Shown: positions 9,316-16,873 of the stretch, piece by piece
Numbering within the stretch: the stretch's first letter is position 1
Layout of the letters: each line of letters begins with the position of its first letter
DNA from: an uncultured virus (IMG/VR IMGVR_UViG_2875882051_000003)
Taxonomy: Duplodnaviria > Heunggongvirae > Uroviricota > Caudoviricetes
IMG/VR virus record: IMGVR_UViG_2875882051_000003
DNA: 20,000 bases
Reading direction: 5' to 3' (one strand)
Translations under genes and position numbers: made by a program
The notes under the pieces: model-generated
Database searches by the model: none
What the model was told of the DNA's origin: nothing
The model's input: the letters and a program-made list of their open reading frames with translations, nothing else

Positions 9316-10077
9316 ATGCAAATTTTAAAAAAAGCATTAATAGGAGTCTTCTGTGTAATTTCAATCTTGATAATGTATCCAATATCTATAGTACATGCTG
9401 AGTGGAAACAAGATTCTACAGGTTGGTGGTATACTGAAGGAAATTCATGGGCTACAGGTTGGAAATATATTAATAATAGTTGGTACTATTTTGGAAAAGA
9501 TGGGTATATGGCACATGATACCATAATTAATAACTACTATTTGAATAGTGATGGAGTTTATTCTAAGGGAGGAGAAGAAGTTGATGCATATTGGAACGCT
9601 TTGAATGATAATAGTTGGTTGCAAGAAAATGGAATCATATTTAAAAATGGTAAAAGTTATATAGAAAAAGCTGTTGTTTTGGATGTAAACCAAGATGGAA
9701 TACTTGATATGCTTATATGGAATGGTACTTGTAGTGCGGATTATAAAGTATCAGTATTTACATATAGTAATTCTAAAGAAAAAATTATAAAGTTAAAAGA
9801 TATAGAAACATTTAGTGGCGGATATTTAGGATATAGTTCTTCAAAAAAAGTCTTTCTTGTTTCAGGTGGACATATGGATAATTATTTCACCGATGGATAC
9901 ACAATCGAAGATGATAAATGTGTAAATTATTATGAAAGCACAGAACATGTAGATTATCTAACTGATAATAATAGAAATGTTATTTCTGAGTCACATAAAT
10001 ATACTTTAAATGGAAAAGAAGTATCAGAAAAAGAATACAATGATAATTGGATTCAACTTGGAGAAATAAAAAAGTAA
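9316..10077 (+). CDS. Secreted cell-wall/choline-binding repeat protein (moron in the lysis module)
   Basis: Signal peptide ending VHA-EWK, GWWYTEG/WYYFGKDGYM repeats, DVNQDG loop, RBS AAGGGGG. Confidence 0.8.
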   Translation: MQILKKALIGVFCVISILIMYPISIVHAEWKQDSTGWWYTEGNSWATGWKYINNSWYYFGKDGYMAHDTIINNYYLNSDGVYSKGGEEVDAYWNALNDNSWLQENGIIFKNGKSYIEKAVVLDVNQDGILDMLIWNGTCSADYKVSVFTYSNSKEKIIKLKDIETFSGGYLGYSSSKKVFLVSGGHMDNYFTDGYTIEDDKCVNYYESTEHVDYLTDNNRNVISESHKYTLNGKEVSEKEYNDNWIQLGEIKK

Positions 10078-10106
10078 TATAAATTAAAGAAAAAATAAAC
10101 AATATT

Positions 10107-10129
10107 AGAGCTCTTATGGGCTCTTTTTT
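10107..10129 (+). terminator. Terminator of the moron
   Basis: agagctc-ttat-gggctct followed by a T run. Confidence 0.75.
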
Positions 10130-10147
10130 GGTTTCAAAAAATGAATG

Positions 10148-10199
10148 AAAGAGAACAGTAGTTTATGCTGTTATAGGTGTAGCTACTGTTCTTTTTTTT
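10148..10199 (+). terminator. Terminator-like hairpin directly upstream of the holin-like gene
   Basis: agaacagtagt...gctactgttct followed by a T run, G-U pairs on the + strand. Confidence 0.6.
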
Positions 10200-10226
10200 A
10201 TGATTTTTAGAAGGGAAGAATGTAAA

Positions 10227-10667
10227 ATGATAAGAGCAGCAATAAAGTTAATAATTAAGGTATTAGAAAGTAAATTAGTTAAAAGTGGAGTTGAAGAGCA
10301 GATTCTAAAGAATAAAAATCATATAACTGTGGGAAAGGCTGTCTGGAATATAGTAGATGAACATTTTAGAATTTCAAAGACTGTAGAAGAAAAACTTGCA
10401 AGTAAAGCAGAGATGTTCGATAAACTGTTATTAACTAAGTTTCCAGAGCTAAGTCAAGATGATGTAGCAGAAATTAGACAAAGTATTGCTGGGGAGATAA
10501 ATCAAGGTAAAGCAGCAGTTGTAGATAATTCTGAGTTAATTAAGCAATTACAGAATGATAACACTAATTTAAAAGCAGAATTAGCAGCATTAACAGAACA
10601 ATTTAATAAAGTTCAAGCGTTATTAGTAAAACCTGCTGATGTAAGCACACAACAAGTAACAGCTTAG
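10227..10667 (+). CDS. Holin-like protein (LL-H-like core) with a C-terminal coiled coil
   Basis: Directly before the endolysin. AVWNIVDE...K.EMFD.LL..KFP.L....V..IRQSI.GE.N pattern. No clear TM helix. Confidence 0.5.
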   Translation: MIRAAIKLIIKVLESKLVKSGVEEQILKNKNHITVGKAVWNIVDEHFRISKTVEEKLASKAEMFDKLLLTKFPELSQDDVAEIRQSIAGEINQGKAAVVDNSELIKQLQNDNTNLKAELAALTEQFNKVQALLVKPADVSTQQVTA

Positions 10668-10726
10668 TATTTAGAGTAGTCTTTATAGATTGCTCTTATT
10701 TTTTTATTATAGAAAGGATGATATAA

Positions 10727-11512
10727 ATGAAAGGTATAGATATAAGTAATCATAACGGAAATATAAATTTTAACCAAGTAAAAACAGAAGGAGTAGAAGC
10801 CGTTTATATTAAAGCTACAGAAGGAACAACATATAAAGATAGTTATTTAGATACTAATTATTCAAATGCACATTACGCAGGTTTAAGAACAGGATTCTAT
10901 CATTTCTTAGTTGGAACTAGTGCTCCAGAAACTCAAGCAAATAGTTTTTATAATGCTATTAAGGATAAAGCTAATGATCTAATTCCTATGCTAGATGTAG
11001 AAACTAATTTTGATGGTCTAATGGACTATATATTAAGATTCATTGCTAAATTCAAAGAGTTGTCTAATATGCAAATAGGTATTTATACTTACACTAGTTT
11101 TATGGATAATTTAGATAATAGAATTGCGGATTATCCATTATGGGAAGCAAATTATAACAATACACCATGGAAATTAAATTCTAATTTCTTTACTAATAGA
11201 GTTGGTCACCAATATAGTGAAACAGGATCAGTACCTGGTATAAATACTGATTGCGATATGAATGAATTTAATGAAGGAATATTAAATAAAACTACTGGAT
11301 ATGTTGTTACAAGCTATCTACCTAATGGTTACCAAGGAAATAATGAATTTGAAGGTGTTGATTCTGATTATGTACTCCAATATTTTAAAGGTGTTAGATG
11401 TTATTTTAGGGGAAACCAAGAGGGGGTGTGGATTGAAACACAGAATATATCCATGAGCAAATGCCTAGAATTAAAAGAAACTTTGGGAAGTTGGTTTTAT
11501 GATATAAAGTAG
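10727..11512 (+). CDS. GH25 muramidase endolysin
   Basis: MKGIDISNHNG, YIKATEG, GFYHF, LDVE, LWEANY and HQYSETG..PGI..DCDMN motifs. Confidence 0.93.
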   Translation: MKGIDISNHNGNINFNQVKTEGVEAVYIKATEGTTYKDSYLDTNYSNAHYAGLRTGFYHFLVGTSAPETQANSFYNAIKDKANDLIPMLDVETNFDGLMDYILRFIAKFKELSNMQIGIYTYTSFMDNLDNRIADYPLWEANYNNTPWKLNSNFFTNRVGHQYSETGSVPGINTDCDMNEFNEGILNKTTGYVVTSYLPNGYQGNNEFEGVDSDYVLQYFKGVRCYFRGNQEGVWIETQNISMSKCLELKETLGSWFYDIK

Positions 11513-11517
11513 TTTCT

Positions 11518-11552
11518 AGGGCATGGGAGTAATCCTGTGCCTTTTATTTTTT
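11518..11552 (+). terminator. Terminator after the endolysin
   Basis: agggcatggga-GTAA-tcctgtgcctt followed by a T run. Confidence 0.8.
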
Positions 11553-11664
11553 GATAAGAAAATAATTTAAGTAATATTTTATTTTCTGAAACGAGAATAA
11601 TTTAAAGTTTGCTAGAGAAACTAACGGTAAAATAGTTAGTCTACTCAGGAGGAAAATTTTAGTT

Positions 11665-12504
11665 ATGAAGAAAATAGTTGCTTTAATTGTTATTGTAAAT
11701 TTCATTTGCAGGATAATTGGGTTTACTGTAAACATTAATGAAGTTGTCAGAGTTGATAATTTAATTGAAAAAGATAGATTGCAAACTATAAAAGAAAAAG
11801 GAACTCTTGCTGTTGCAGCTGCCTCAAGTGATCCACCGTTCTATTTTTTAGATATTAACACTCAAAAGGTAAGAGGCATTGACGCAGATATAATAAATGA
11901 AATTTCAAATAGGCTTAAAATTAATAAAGTTGATTTTAAAAGCACAGTGTTTTCAGAATTATTACAAAGATTAAAAACTGACGAAAATATAGATATAGCA
12001 TCTGGTGGAATGTATATAATTCCAGAGAGAGAGAAAGAAGCATCCTTTACTCATCCATTATATGCGGAAACAGAGGCAGTTATAGTTCGAAAGGCATCAA
12101 AAATTAATTTCAAAGATGATTTGAAAAATGCAGTAGTTGGAGTAGAAAAAGGAACTATATACTTAGAATTAGTTCAAAAATGGAAGACTGCTGGCTTAAT
12201 AAAAGACATAGAAATTTTTCAAAGCATATCTGAATTGCTAGATTCAATAAACAATGGGAAAATAGATGCTGGTATAGCAGATTCACTTGTTGTAAACAAA
12301 GATTTAAAAGATAATACGAATCTTTTTTTAAAGACGCTAGATGATTATAGCCCGGAACTAATAGGGAATGTAGGAATAGCTGTTAGAAAAAATGATAATA
12401 CTCTACTAAACGTACTAAATGAAAAGATTGATGAGATGAAAGCAGATGGAACGATGTACGCAATTCTTAAAGAAAATGGATTAGATAAGAATAATATTGT
12501 GTAA
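11665..12504 (+). CDS. Orphan amino-acid ABC transporter substrate-binding protein (SBP family 3)
   Basis: RLQTIKEKGTL, PPFYF, GIDADI, FTHP.Y, VGVEKGT, GKIDA and GIAVRK motifs. RBS AGGAGG. Confidence 0.88.
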   Translation: MKKIVALIVIVNFICRIIGFTVNINEVVRVDNLIEKDRLQTIKEKGTLAVAAASSDPPFYFLDINTQKVRGIDADIINEISNRLKINKVDFKSTVFSELLQRLKTDENIDIASGGMYIIPEREKEASFTHPLYAETEAVIVRKASKINFKDDLKNAVVGVEKGTIYLELVQKWKTAGLIKDIEIFQSISELLDSINNGKIDAGIADSLVVNKDLKDNTNLFLKTLDDYSPELIGNVGIAVRKNDNTLLNVLNEKIDEMKADGTMYAILKENGLDKNNIV

Positions 12505-12526
12505 ATTAAAGAACTGATATATGTTA

Positions 12527-12671
12527 GCAGTAGCTAGGAGTAATCCAACTACTGCTTTTTTAGAATATTTAATGAGGGTAGATCATGAAAACTTTTTGAG
12601 GAATAGAAAAATATACGATAATATAACTGCTTATATCACTTTAATATATTATGGCGTTTGGAAAAATGTTA
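12527..12671 (-). ncRNA. Candidate sRNA unit A (SigK-like promoter to hairpin). The hairpin also terminates the SBP gene on +.
   Basis: Minus strand TAACA-N16-AATATATTA (12671-12642). Hairpin agcagtag...ctactgct at 12527-12557. Confidence 0.5.
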
Positions 12672-12706
12672 CTCGAATATTTGAATATATTAGTGCTCGA
12701 AAAAGT

Positions 12707-12837
12707 AAAAGCAGCAAATAGAAGGAATCTAATTACCGCTTTTTGTGAATTAATATTATGCCAGTACTGTTGAGACTACTAGTTTTTTAGGAAATACTAT
12801 TATATAACTAATATATTACAAGTTAAGGAAAATGTGA
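12707..12837 (-). ncRNA. Candidate sRNA unit B
   Basis: Minus strand TCACA-N15-AATATATTA (12837-12809). Terminator 12707-12743 has two A/C mismatches on + that are G-U pairs on -. Confidence 0.55.
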
Positions 12838-12873
12838 TAAATGTAAATGAATATAAATTTAAAATAAAAAAGT

Positions 12874-13024
12874 TTGTATTTTTGTTAAAATATGTTATGA
12901 TGTAATTGAGGCAATTAATAAAAAAAGCAAGTTGAGTTCTGATTAATAATTCCAGTATAAGGGGAGTAGAGAGAAATCTTTATTCCTCTTGTTCTTGTAT
13001 ATGCAAATATACAAGTTTGCATAT
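12874..13024 (+). ncRNA. Candidate SigA-dependent structured RNA
   Basis: TTGTAT-N16-TATGAT with TG. 14-bp stem with GAAA loop (12959-12990), 9-bp stem with GCAA loop (12994-13015). No ORF. Confidence 0.45.
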
Positions 13025-13085
13025 TGTTATGTAATTAATCCAATATATTATGCAAGTTATAAATATAAATTGTGTTATTTATTTC

Positions 13086-13245
13086 AAAAGCAGTAGTCAG
13101 GAGGTCTCTAACTACCACTCTTTATATCAAAAATAAACAGGAAAGGTGATAATAATTTCTGTTTATTTATACAAAAAAGATAATATGGCATGGAGAAAAT
13201 GCCAATTATATTAATTAATATATTGTGTAGTAAGAAGAAATGTTA
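13086..13245 (-). ncRNA. Candidate sRNA unit C with three CU-rich-loop hairpins
   Basis: Minus strand TAACA-N16-AATATATTA (13245-13216). Hairpins at 13186-13204, 13131-13168 and 13089-13119 (three G-U pairs on -), then a U run. Confidence 0.6.
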
Positions 13246-13458
13246 CAAAATGAAAATTCATAGTTTTATTAAGTAACTGTAATTTTCAATAGAGATAGGG
13301 ATTATACATAAAATATGATTCATTTAGGTATATATTTAGGATAAAAGTATCCAGCCATTAATATTATATTTAAGATTTCTAGATCTAGAGAAAAGAACAG
13401 AAGTTAAAATATTTATTATTGATCAATTATAAGACAAAGCAGTAAATGGAAGAAATAA

Positions 13459-14520
13459 TTATTGCTTTTGTGTTTTATATTCATGATAAGGCATATTAAT
13501 TGTAACCCCAGTTTCATCAAATTTATAATTTGTACCTTGAAGCGGGTTTAAATTATTAGCTAAATTCATTCCTATAACATAAAGAGCTTCAGCTGTTTCA
13601 TTTGGATCTTGTGATACAGTACCAGACATAATGCCTCTATTAATTAAATCTGTAGCTTCTGGTATTCCGTCAATTCCGAAAACCGGAATATATTTTGATT
13701 TATCTCCTTTATTGTAACCATATGATTGCAATGCATTAATAGCGCCTATGGCCATAGCATCATTGTTTGAAATTATCGCTTCTATATTTTTCCCATAGGT
13801 TAAAAATAGCAGTCTAATGGAATCTTCTGCACATTTCTCGTCCCAATTACAAGTTTTTGATAGAATTTCTTGAGTTTTTATTCCAGATTGATTAACGGTA
13901 GAAATAGAATATAAACTTCTTGCAGTTGTGACTGTAATATTGTTTGGACCCTTTAGCATAATATATTGCAATATATTATCATTATTTTTATCAACAACAT
14001 TTTTACTTGAATTCCATTCATTTGTAACAAGATCACCTTGTAAAATACCCGATTGAATAGCATCGGTAGATATAACTAGAGCTTTATTATAAGATTTAAT
14101 AGGAGCTGTTTCAAGGGGAACAGTATTAAATAAGATTATTGGAATATTTTTTTGTTTTGCTTTGTAGATAACTGATTCAACTGTACTTTGATTTAAATCT
14201 ACCAAGTTTAGTAGCAAAAGATCATAATCACTTTGAAGTACCGAATCTAGAAGAGCATTTTGTATGTCTTGATTTCTTTTGCCATCATAAAATGTAAAGT
14301 CGACACTACTGGTATTTTTATTTTGAATTTCTTCTAGTCCTTTACGAACTAAAGAAATATAAGGATCATCAAAACTAAATAGTAACACAGCTGTTTTAAT
14401 CTGCTTTTGTGGAACAGCTTGCGCAGTTGCACATTTATTGCTTGTAATGCTATTGACAAAAGTAACAGTTATAAGAATTATGGCAAGAATAGACTTTAAT
14501 ATTCTTTTGAAATTTTTCAT
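13459..14520 (-). CDS. Orphan galactose/glucose-binding (MglB-like) ABC substrate-binding protein
   Basis: FDDPYISLVR, IPIILFN, QSGILQG, DKNNDNILQY.MLKG, IEAIISNNDAMAIGA and GTVSQD motifs. RBS GGAGG. Confidence 0.88.
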   Translation of the reverse strand: MKNFKRILKSILAIILITVTFVNSITSNKCATAQAVPQKQIKTAVLLFSFDDPYISLVRKGLEEIQNKNTSSVDFTFYDGKRNQDIQNALLDSVLQSDYDLLLLNLVDLNQSTVESVIYKAKQKNIPIILFNTVPLETAPIKSYNKALVISTDAIQSGILQGDLVTNEWNSSKNVVDKNNDNILQYIMLKGPNNITVTTARSLYSISTVNQSGIKTQEILSKTCNWDEKCAEDSIRLLFLTYGKNIEAIISNNDAMAIGAINALQSYGYNKGDKSKYIPVFGIDGIPEATDLINRGIMSGTVSQDPNETAEALYVIGMNLANNLNPLQGTNYKFDETGVTINMPYHEYKTQKQ

Positions 14521-14861
14521 TAGTAGTCCTCCATAAAATCATATAAATATATTTAATTTTATGTTTCCTTAAAATTACAGAAATATTACAGAATATTTTT
14601 TAATCCTGTATTAATAAAATAATAGGAACCGTACATAAAGTACAATCCCTTTTAAGTATATATACATATACGGACCAAGAATACCCAACCACTATTATTA
14701 TATTGGAAATTCTGAGAGAAAGAACAAAGTATATTAATTTTATATAGCGAAATCTTACATTTTAGTTATTAATTAATATTTCTCATAGTAAATAAAATTT
14801 TAGTAATAAAATAGGATGAAATTTGATAATCTATTAGGATGGTAAAAGGAGAAATATAGAA

Positions 14862-15065
14862 ATGTATAACTTATATGTAAGAAAAATAATTACGGCTATT
14901 ATAGAAAGTGATTATAAAACTATAATGGTTTATAAGAGTAGATTAGCAGATGAAGAAATAAATTTAATAAATGAAATTGCATGTGAATACAGAAAAACAA
15001 TTATTTTTGCATTTGTGAAAGATATCATTTTTAATACTGATGAAACTATATTGATTATAGAATAA
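14862..15065 (+). CDS. Small hypothetical protein (67 aa)
   Basis: RBS AAAGGAG about 10 nt upstream. No recognisable domain. Confidence 0.55.
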   Translation: MYNLYVRKIITAIIESDYKTIMVYKSRLADEEINLINEIACEYRKTIIFAFVKDIIFNTDETILIIE

Positions 15066-15121
15066 TAGTTTTATTATCATTAAAAGGGTAATATATATGA
15101 TAAAAAATTTATTATATGGAA

Positions 15122-15222
15122 CAAAAGACAGCAAACTATTAATTAATTTACTGTCTTTTGGCAACCTGCCAAGCTATAAAAGATTAGCAATTATAGTATT
15201 AGTAAATTACCAATATTTATAC
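15122..15222 (-). ncRNA. Candidate SigG-like sRNA unit
   Basis: Minus strand GTATA-N17-AATACTA (15222-15194). Terminator caaaagacag/ctgtcttttg at 15122-15160. Confidence 0.45.
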
Positions 15223-15286
15223 TATGGATTATTTGGGATTTATGTAATATAATATCTCATAATAACATCAAGGTGGTGATTTTATT

Positions 15287-15436
15287 ATGAAAGATGTAAC
15301 TATAGATACAATCAAAGATACAATAAGAGATCTTCCAGAAGGGGAACAAGAAGTAATATTATACTTAACAGAAATATTTAAAGGTGAAGAAGAGACTATT
15401 AATGAGTATATTAAGAATGAATTAATAGATAGATAA
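15287..15436 (+). CDS. 49-aa acidic small protein absent from the ORF track (MKDVTIDTIKDTIRDLPEGEQEVILYLTEIFKGEEETINEYIKNELIDR)
   Basis: RBS AAGGTGGTG (15270-15278), promoter TGGATT-N17-TATAAT (15225-15253), + strand terminator near 15505-15534. Confidence 0.7.
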   Translation: MKDVTIDTIKDTIRDLPEGEQEVILYLTEIFKGEEETINEYIKNELIDR

Positions 15437-15631
15437 TATGGAACTTTTTATATTAGTATGATAAAATGATAGAGATCCATTGAAAAAAACAAAAGTACAT
15501 ACAAGAAATGCAGCCTTTGAGTTGGCTGTATTTTCATTTATATCATAATATAGAAGAAGGTTTAATTAATATAGATTATTCTATAATGGTATGTTATTAT
15601 GATTATATCCACTCTATTGTCAACAAACACC

Positions 15632-15677
15632 AATAAAGGGTAGATTAAGTAAAAATACTTAGTCTACCCTTTATTTT
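15632..15677 (+). terminator. Strong 20-bp terminator with no upstream ORF
   Basis: aataaagggtagattaagta-aaaa-tacttagtctaccctttatt. Confidence 0.7.
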
Positions 15678-15682
15678 ACACC

Positions 15683-15795
15683 AAAATAGAGATAGCGAAA
15701 GAATCAGGTGCATGACAGTAAAGCTATCTCTTTTTTATGTTTAAATCCATAGATTGGAGCAGTTATATTATTAGCATAACATTAAGATTATATAC
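15683..15795 (-). ncRNA. Candidate SigG-like sRNA unit
   Basis: Minus strand GTATA-N18-AATAATA (15795-15766). Stem agagatagc/gctatctct at 15688-15731. Confidence 0.45.
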
Positions 15796-15994
15796 ATTGA
15801 TTATAAGAAAACAAAAAAGCAGTAGTATTATTAATGAGGATAAATTAAAAAACTGACTATACTGGAAAAGTTGAATGGTGACATTAAATAGAGTAATAGT
15901 TACTTATTTTCATGATAATATGCTTATATACCATAAACCCTAAAGCATACATATAAAAATGCAGCCATTGATTCGACCGCATTTTTTGTCACTA

Positions 15995-16098
15995 TTTACT
16001 TTATTGAAATATAATGGTAAAATGTGAAAGTAAGTATTTTAATATATCTATATGTCAATAGCAGCAGGCAAGTTTTTTGTTTGTTGCTATTTGATTTT
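15995..16098 (+). ncRNA. Candidate SigA sRNA (~65 nt)
   Basis: TTTACT-N17-TAAAAT with TG. 15-bp stem at 16057-16091 with three G-U pairs on +. No ORF. Confidence 0.4.
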
Positions 16099-16144
16099 GC
16101 AGAACTGTTCAGTTAAAAGATACTTAATTCAGAATAAAAAATAC

Positions 16145-16237
16145 AAAAAGAGATAGCAGGGGAAACGGAGAACTGCTATCTCTTTATATATTTAAATTTG
16201 GACATTTATATTATTTCTAAATAATTAAAAAATATTC
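16145..16237 (-). ncRNA. Candidate SigG/SigF-like sRNA unit with a C-rich loop
   Basis: Minus strand GAATA-N17-AATAATA (16237-16209). Perfect 13-bp stem at 16147-16185 with loop UUCUCCGUUUCCC, then a U run. Confidence 0.5.
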
Positions 16238-16334
16238 ACTGAAATTAATACATACTAACAATAAAATTACTACCAAATTTATCCTAATATGACTTTCTTT
16301 TATAATACAGCTAATAATTTAGATCTTATTATAT

Positions 16335-16362
16335 TTGACAAAGTTACCAAATAATATACAAT
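16335..16362 (+). promoter_or_regulatory. SigA promoter
   Basis: TTGACA-N16-TACAAT. The ORF-track TTG start falls inside this -35 box. Confidence 0.65.
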
Positions 16363-16394
16363 TATATTTAGAAGAACATTTAGGGGGAATAATA

Positions 16395-16808
16395 ATGAAA
16401 AAAATACTTAGTATTTTATTATGCAGCTTATTACTATTTACTATAGTAGGTTGTGGGAGCTCAGCAAAGAAATATACAGCTGAAGAATATGGAAATAAGC
16501 TAAAAGATGCTGGAGTTACTATTGAGAATATGGAAGTCACAACTACCGAAAATGATAAAAATCAGTTGTTGGGTAGACCAAATCAATATACATCTAAAGT
16601 AACTTTTACCAATGGTAGCATAGAGGTATTTGCTAATAAGGAAGACGCCACTAATAGAAAAGAATACATTGATAATATTGGTAAGAAAATGCCTTTAGTA
16701 GCTGAATATAACTACGTAAATGATACAGGAGCATTATTAAGACTTGATAAAAAATTAAATCCAGATGAGGCTAAAAAATATGAAGATGCATTTATGAAAA
16801 TTAAATAA
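16395..16808 (+). CDS. Lipoprotein of unknown function
   Basis: ATG at 16395 after AGGGGG, lipobox IVGC, LLGRPNQYTSK motif, terminator gctagga/tcctagc near 16819-16848. Confidence 0.8.
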   Translation: MKKILSILLCSLLLFTIVGCGSSAKKYTAEEYGNKLKDAGVTIENMEVTTTENDKNQLLGRPNQYTSKVTFTNGSIEVFANKEDATNRKEYIDNIGKKMPLVAEYNYVNDTGALLRLDKKLNPDEAKKYEDAFMKIK

Positions 16809-16873
16809 TATTCTATATGCTAGGATTAATTTCCTAGCTTTATTTTTATGTATAAAAATATTTTGAAATAATT

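Larger units (their letters stand above)
1..11552 (+). mobile_element. Distal tail and lysis module of a PBSX-like contractile-tail prophage or tailocin; cargo may continue to the window end
   Basis: Co-directional, tightly coupled xkdP-Q-R-S-T-U-like genes, fibres, holin and lysin. No integrase or att site is visible. Confidence 0.9.

Noticed and set aside
12521..12721. 66-aa plus-strand ORF
   Set aside because: No RBS, starts inside a terminator, and overlaps better-supported non-coding signals.
13086..13204. Plus-strand CsrB-like RNA as the primary call
   Set aside because: The terminator stem has three A/C mismatches on + that pair as G-U on -, and the shared promoter is on -. Kept only as an alternative.
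12500..16250. CRISPR array or integron interpretation of the recurring hairpins
   Set aside because: No identical, regularly spaced repeats, and no cas or integrase gene in the window.
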